Below the pieces are notes generated by a model, which was given only the letters and a program-made list of their open reading frames with translations, made no database searches and had not been told where the DNA came from. This document shows, piece by piece, positions 59,663 to 64,000 of a DNA stretch of 64,000 nt (its first letter is position 1; each line of letters starts with the position of its first letter). The DNA lies in IMG/VR virus record IMGVR_UViG_3300025018_000091; one strand, 5' to 3'. A program made the translations under genes and the position numbers. This DNA is from a virus. Taxonomy: Duplodnaviria; Caudoviricetes.

Positions 59663-60217
59663 ATGAGTATTTGTTCCAAATGTAATTTAGAAAAATCCTA
59701 TAATGATTTTTATGATCGAGGTGATGGTAAGAAAAAGAAAATATGTAAAGTGTGCGACAACAAAACCAAACATGATTACTATTTAAAACATAAAGAAGAA
59801 ATCAAAAATAAAACTCATATATGGTATCAGAAAAATAAGCACAAAAGAAAACTTGTAAACAAGCAATATCAAAAAACTGTTAAAGGAAGATTAGTTCAAT
59901 TGATGAGACAGGCTAAAAACAGAGCTTTAAAAAATAATTTGTTATATGATTTAGACATTAAATTTTTATTAGAACTTTGGAACAAACAAAACGGAAAATG
60001 TATTCTTACTGGAATTGATTTTATTTTAGAACGTAGCGAAATTTATAATTCTGAACCATTTGCTCCTTCAATAGATAAAATCAATCCTAAATTAGGATAC
60101 ACAAAAGATAATGTTCGTTTAGTTTGTGTTGCTATTAATTACGCTCTTAATGAATTTGGTGAAGATATTTTTAAACAAATATGTAAAGCCTATTTACGAA
60201 ATAAATATATTATCTAA
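59663..60217 (+). CDS. HNH-like endonuclease
   Basis: CSKC...CKVC; KCILTG...PSIDKINPKLGYTKDNVRLVC. Confidence 0.8.
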   Translation: MSICSKCNLEKSYNDFYDRGDGKKKKICKVCDNKTKHDYYLKHKEEIKNKTHIWYQKNKHKRKLVNKQYQKTVKGRLVQLMRQAKNRALKNNLLYDLDIKFLLELWNKQNGKCILTGIDFILERSEIYNSEPFAPSIDKINPKLGYTKDNVRLVCVAINYALNEFGEDIFKQICKAYLRNKYII

Positions 60218-60486
60218 TAAATCATCATCTTCAGCGCAGTTTATACCGTACTTAGTTAAGGTATAACCTCTCTGAGAAAATCTCTCTACAAAATCTTTTT
60301 GCTGTAAATAAGAAATTATACTATCTATTACACTTATTTTATCTTCGTCTTCAGATATTTCTATTGGAATACTTTCGATATATTCTTTATCGAATCCAAA
60401 AAAATCTGGTCTATTATCTTCTTCATATTCCTTATAAATATGCTTGATAACAATTTTACAATTATCATTCAATTTACAATTTTTCA

Positions 60487-61386
60487 TTATATTATCCTTA
60501 AACAATTGGGGCTAAACCATATTCTTTCTTTAGCCCTATTAGATTTACCTCTATCATTTCCTAGGTTAGCTAAACCACCATTGGTCTGCCACGAATGAAC
60601 CTTCCATGTATCTGGAATACGATGGTCTCCATCATATCCACACAATACAATTCGAAGGCGAGGGTTGTTTCCATTGTCTATTGCCCACTTACATACTTCA
60701 TTAAAGATATTTCCGTCTTCATTGTAGACTTGATCTCGTTTATTTAAATCGTATGGAGGATCTAAAAACACTCCAGTGATATCCTTTGGTCCTAATCCTT
60801 TATTGCCATACGTAACTGACGGAGTAACTACTCTAGACCAGTCACCACAGCATACTCTAACCCTTCTAGTACGTTTTTGTAGCTTCGTAAACCAATCTAA
60901 TATATTGTTTGATAGACCATGTATCCCACCACCAGCAGAGGATAGTAGGGGCGCGGAATTTAACCCCTTAGAATTTAGCCAATTATTTCCAATTGATGCT
61001 CCCATGCCCCAAACCCAGTATCCAGCAATCTTTGAATCAAAAAAATCAGGATTCATATCTAATTTAGTTTTGAATTCCTCAGTCGCAGCAGATAGTAACC
61101 ATCTCTGTCGAGCATGCAAATCAGTTTCATTTACAGGATAATCAGCATATTTAACTACACTGTGAGGATCATTTGATACTGCTCTCCAGAAATTACATAT
61201 AAAACAATCTTTATCATTAACTGTTTCTATTTTAGAAATTTGTGGGTTGGCTAATAATACGGCTAAAGATCCTGCAAATGGTTCAACATAATTAGATACG
61301 TCGCCCAGTCCTGACCAAATTATCTTTGCTACACGCCTTTTACCACCAAAGTATGGATAAGGGGATTTTATATCTGATGTATTCAT
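60487..61386 (-). CDS. DNA adenine methyltransferase (D12 class)
   Basis: PYFGGK, YVEPFAGS, ND and FLDPPY. Confidence 0.9.
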   Translation of the reverse strand: MNTSDIKSPYPYFGGKRRVAKIIWSGLGDVSNYVEPFAGSLAVLLANPQISKIETVNDKDCFICNFWRAVSNDPHSVVKYADYPVNETDLHARQRWLLSAATEEFKTKLDMNPDFFDSKIAGYWVWGMGASIGNNWLNSKGLNSAPLLSSAGGGIHGLSNNILDWFTKLQKRTRRVRVCCGDWSRVVTPSVTYGNKGLGPKDITGVFLDPPYDLNKRDQVYNEDGNIFNEVCKWAIDNGNNPRLRIVLCGYDGDHRIPDTWKVHSWQTNGGLANLGNDRGKSNRAKERIWFSPNCLRII

Positions 61387-61450
61387 AAAAGCGTATATAT
61401 CTTATAGTAATAATATCGAATACTTTCGAAATAATTTCAAGGTAAAGTAT

Positions 61451-63586
61451 ATGATCTGGCTAACCAAACTACTAAAGAATATTGATGGCTTCTACACTAA
61501 AGCTACTGGTGATGTAAATCTTGCCGAAACCCGCGAGCAGATGAAGGCAAGATTACGTGAAGAGGCTTTAAGAGAAAGAGAGTTAGAAAAAGAGCAAGAA
61601 TTAAAACAGCAAGAAACATTTGAAATCCAAGAGCAAAAACAAAATGATGCAGAATCTGTTGGAAGAAAAGCATTACAAAAATTAAATTCAATAAATATAC
61701 CAGATCCGCTTCATGAAGATTTTAATCATTTTATGAGAGTATATACTGAGATATTTACTTTGGTTAATGATCTAAAACCAAATATGGTAAGTGAAAAATT
61801 AAATGAAGCTTATCAAGCTGCGTCTAATATAAAAAATGAAACTACATCTTATGAAGATGATATTAAAACATTTGAAGAAAAAGCTACTAAATTAGCTCAA
61901 TTCGCCAAGCATCATATAGTTTTAGCAGTTGATAGATTATTAAATAATCCTTATTTAAGAAAAAGTAAAACGGCAGAAGATGCCGCTAAAGAGTTGTCTG
62001 GACAAGAAGATCCTACATCCCCAATGTGGCAAGATTATAATGTTAGTGCATTAGAATTTGTTGAATTGATTGATGCTCTTGGTGAGGATGCACAAGAAAC
62101 AGCTATATATGCTTTAGGAGGAATAGAACAAATTGTAACATTAGTTCAAGCTGATTTCAAAGAGGATGAGGATAGGCGTACAAATATGGAGGGTGAGGGA
62201 CTTGGTGAAGCAATTCAACAAGGATTCCGCCCAATGCAAGATAAGCAACAGGCTGTAAACAGGGCAGTTAGCACGTTTAAAGCAAACTGTAGAGAAGCCT
62301 TAAGATTTGAAAAAAATAATAATTTTCACGAACATATTGCATCTGCCAGAATATGGGCGGCTCAACGTAAAAGATACGAAGAAGCATTAAAAGCAGACCC
62401 AGTAAGACACGCAAAACAATTAGAAAAAAATAGAAAAAATTCTGCTCGTTATAGAGAGCGAATGGTTATAATTGGTGGTATCAAAGAGGCTTGGGATACA
62501 GCTACTACACCAACTGATAGAAACAAAGTATTTAGCGAACTGAAAAGCTTTTATAGAAATAAACTCTATACTAGAGGACTCGATGGAGAAGCTCTTAGAG
62601 CAGCTGAAGCTATGTTACCTCCACCAGAAGAATTGTTAAAGAAAAGTTTTAATGAACTTGATAAGTATAATAAATCATTAGTAAAAACTAAAGAAAAAAT
62701 AAATATAAGGAATAGAGAAAGTAAAACTAATCGTGGAATAGTAGATTTAGCTACAATAGTATTTGGTCAAAAAATTAATAGCAGACCCAGTGACATGAAA
62801 AGAACTAAACAAACTAAAGAATTATTTAGAGCTAAATTAGCATCGTATGAAAATACACAATTAGTAAAATACAATCGTGATATAGAATTAGCTCACGAAA
62901 AGATAATGAATGCCACAAATACTATGGATAAAGTTAAAGCAGAAATGGAATTAAATAATGCTAAAGCTAATCTTGCTAAAGCTGAATCTGCTATTAAAGA
63001 TCAATTAGACCCAGTTGAAAAAGTAAGATACCATGTGAAAAAATTAAAAGAAATACAAAAGATGGTTAAGGAACTAATCAAGATGGGTATCATAGATAAT
63101 AATGGATTAGTACAGCCAGAAAGAGCCCCATTAGTTAAAATAGTTGTTGATCAAGGATATCAATTATTAAGTGAATATCCATTTCAAGATATGGTAGAGG
63201 CAACAGTAGGTAAAGAATTACTTGATAAACTATCCCAATTAATTTCTGATAATCCAGAAGAAACTCAGGAAGAAACTCAAGAATATAATATTGAAGAATT
63301 AACTCCACCCGATATAGATCTCACTGAGAAACTTTCAGTTCTAAAGACAGGACCTATTATGAATAAGAAATCTCGTAAAAAATTATTACAAAAAATTGAA
63401 AAACAAGCTCTGCAAAAGACATCTATTCAGACTATATTGGATAGAGCGGCTCCTGTTGATATGAATCTGCCCAGCAAAGAATATGCTAGACAAGTATTTC
63501 GTTCTATAACTAATGCTGTTGCAGATACTATTGATGATGATTTTGATAGATTAATCGCAGAATTAGAAGCTGAAGATCAGCAATAA
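61451..63586 (+). CDS. Large coiled-coil hypothetical protein
   Basis: 711 aa helical, charged ORF. Confidence 0.7.
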   Translation: MIWLTKLLKNIDGFYTKATGDVNLAETREQMKARLREEALRERELEKEQELKQQETFEIQEQKQNDAESVGRKALQKLNSINIPDPLHEDFNHFMRVYTEIFTLVNDLKPNMVSEKLNEAYQAASNIKNETTSYEDDIKTFEEKATKLAQFAKHHIVLAVDRLLNNPYLRKSKTAEDAAKELSGQEDPTSPMWQDYNVSALEFVELIDALGEDAQETAIYALGGIEQIVTLVQADFKEDEDRRTNMEGEGLGEAIQQGFRPMQDKQQAVNRAVSTFKANCREALRFEKNNNFHEHIASARIWAAQRKRYEEALKADPVRHAKQLEKNRKNSARYRERMVIIGGIKEAWDTATTPTDRNKVFSELKSFYRNKLYTRGLDGEALRAAEAMLPPPEELLKKSFNELDKYNKSLVKTKEKINIRNRESKTNRGIVDLATIVFGQKINSRPSDMKRTKQTKELFRAKLASYENTQLVKYNRDIELAHEKIMNATNTMDKVKAEMELNNAKANLAKAESAIKDQLDPVEKVRYHVKKLKEIQKMVKELIKMGIIDNNGLVQPERAPLVKIVVDQGYQLLSEYPFQDMVEATVGKELLDKLSQLISDNPEETQEETQEYNIEELTPPDIDLTEKLSVLKTGPIMNKKSRKKLLQKIEKQALQKTSIQTILDRAAPVDMNLPSKEYARQVFRSITNAVADTIDDDFDRLIAELEAEDQQ

Positions 63587-64000
63587 TCTTTAAGATAATC
63601 AATTAGATGTTGAGTTACATTTTCAATTGATTTAAAGATATATACTGTATTTTTGGAACCCAAAACTTTCATTGAATCAGATTTCTCACCAGGAATCTTA
63701 AAGTTATATTCTAACCATCTAGATTTCGGCAACATGCTGGCTGATGATAACCAGAAGCAATAGTCTCTCATAACTGAGATACCAATTGATTCATAATCTT
63801 GAACATCAGAGTTCCCGTCAGTTCTATTAAGAAATACAACTACATCGGTATTATAATCAAATAGTCTACAGAAATCTCTTGGATTAAAGATTCCATCTAT
63901 AATCCAATTGTATCTTAAGCCATTTAATTTCTCTATAGAAGAGATAGATGCATAAACATTATTTGTAATGATATCTGGATTATCTTTTAATCTATTTGTA

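Overview
64 kb AT-rich segment of a large (jumbo-type) tailed-phage genome, transcribed mostly on the minus strand, read with genetic code 11. It carries accessory and host-takeover genes: an intein-containing UvrD-like helicase, an NAD+ salvage pair (NAMPT and NMNAT-Nudix), several ADP-ribose-removing enzymes, CoaB/C/D, EF-Ts, GroES, RNase HII, an RNA-ligase-like protein, a split RlmN-like radical SAM enzyme, about 14 free-standing HNH-type endonucleases and a Ro60/TROVE gene. The RNA complement is unusually rich: about 35 tRNA genes, a class A RNase P RNA, and many tRNA-shaped elements lacking a normal anticodon loop. The main discovery is 11 copies of a Y-RNA (YrlA-like) module, each with the conserved 5' motif AAUGC-N5-7-GAYUACAU and a closing helix. 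They sit between tRNA or tRNA-like elements, suggesting a phage Ro60/Y-RNA system whose RNAs are released by tRNA punctuation. Several single-base homopolymer frameshifts suggest residual sequencing errors. All assignments come from reading motifs by eye; no database searches were run.
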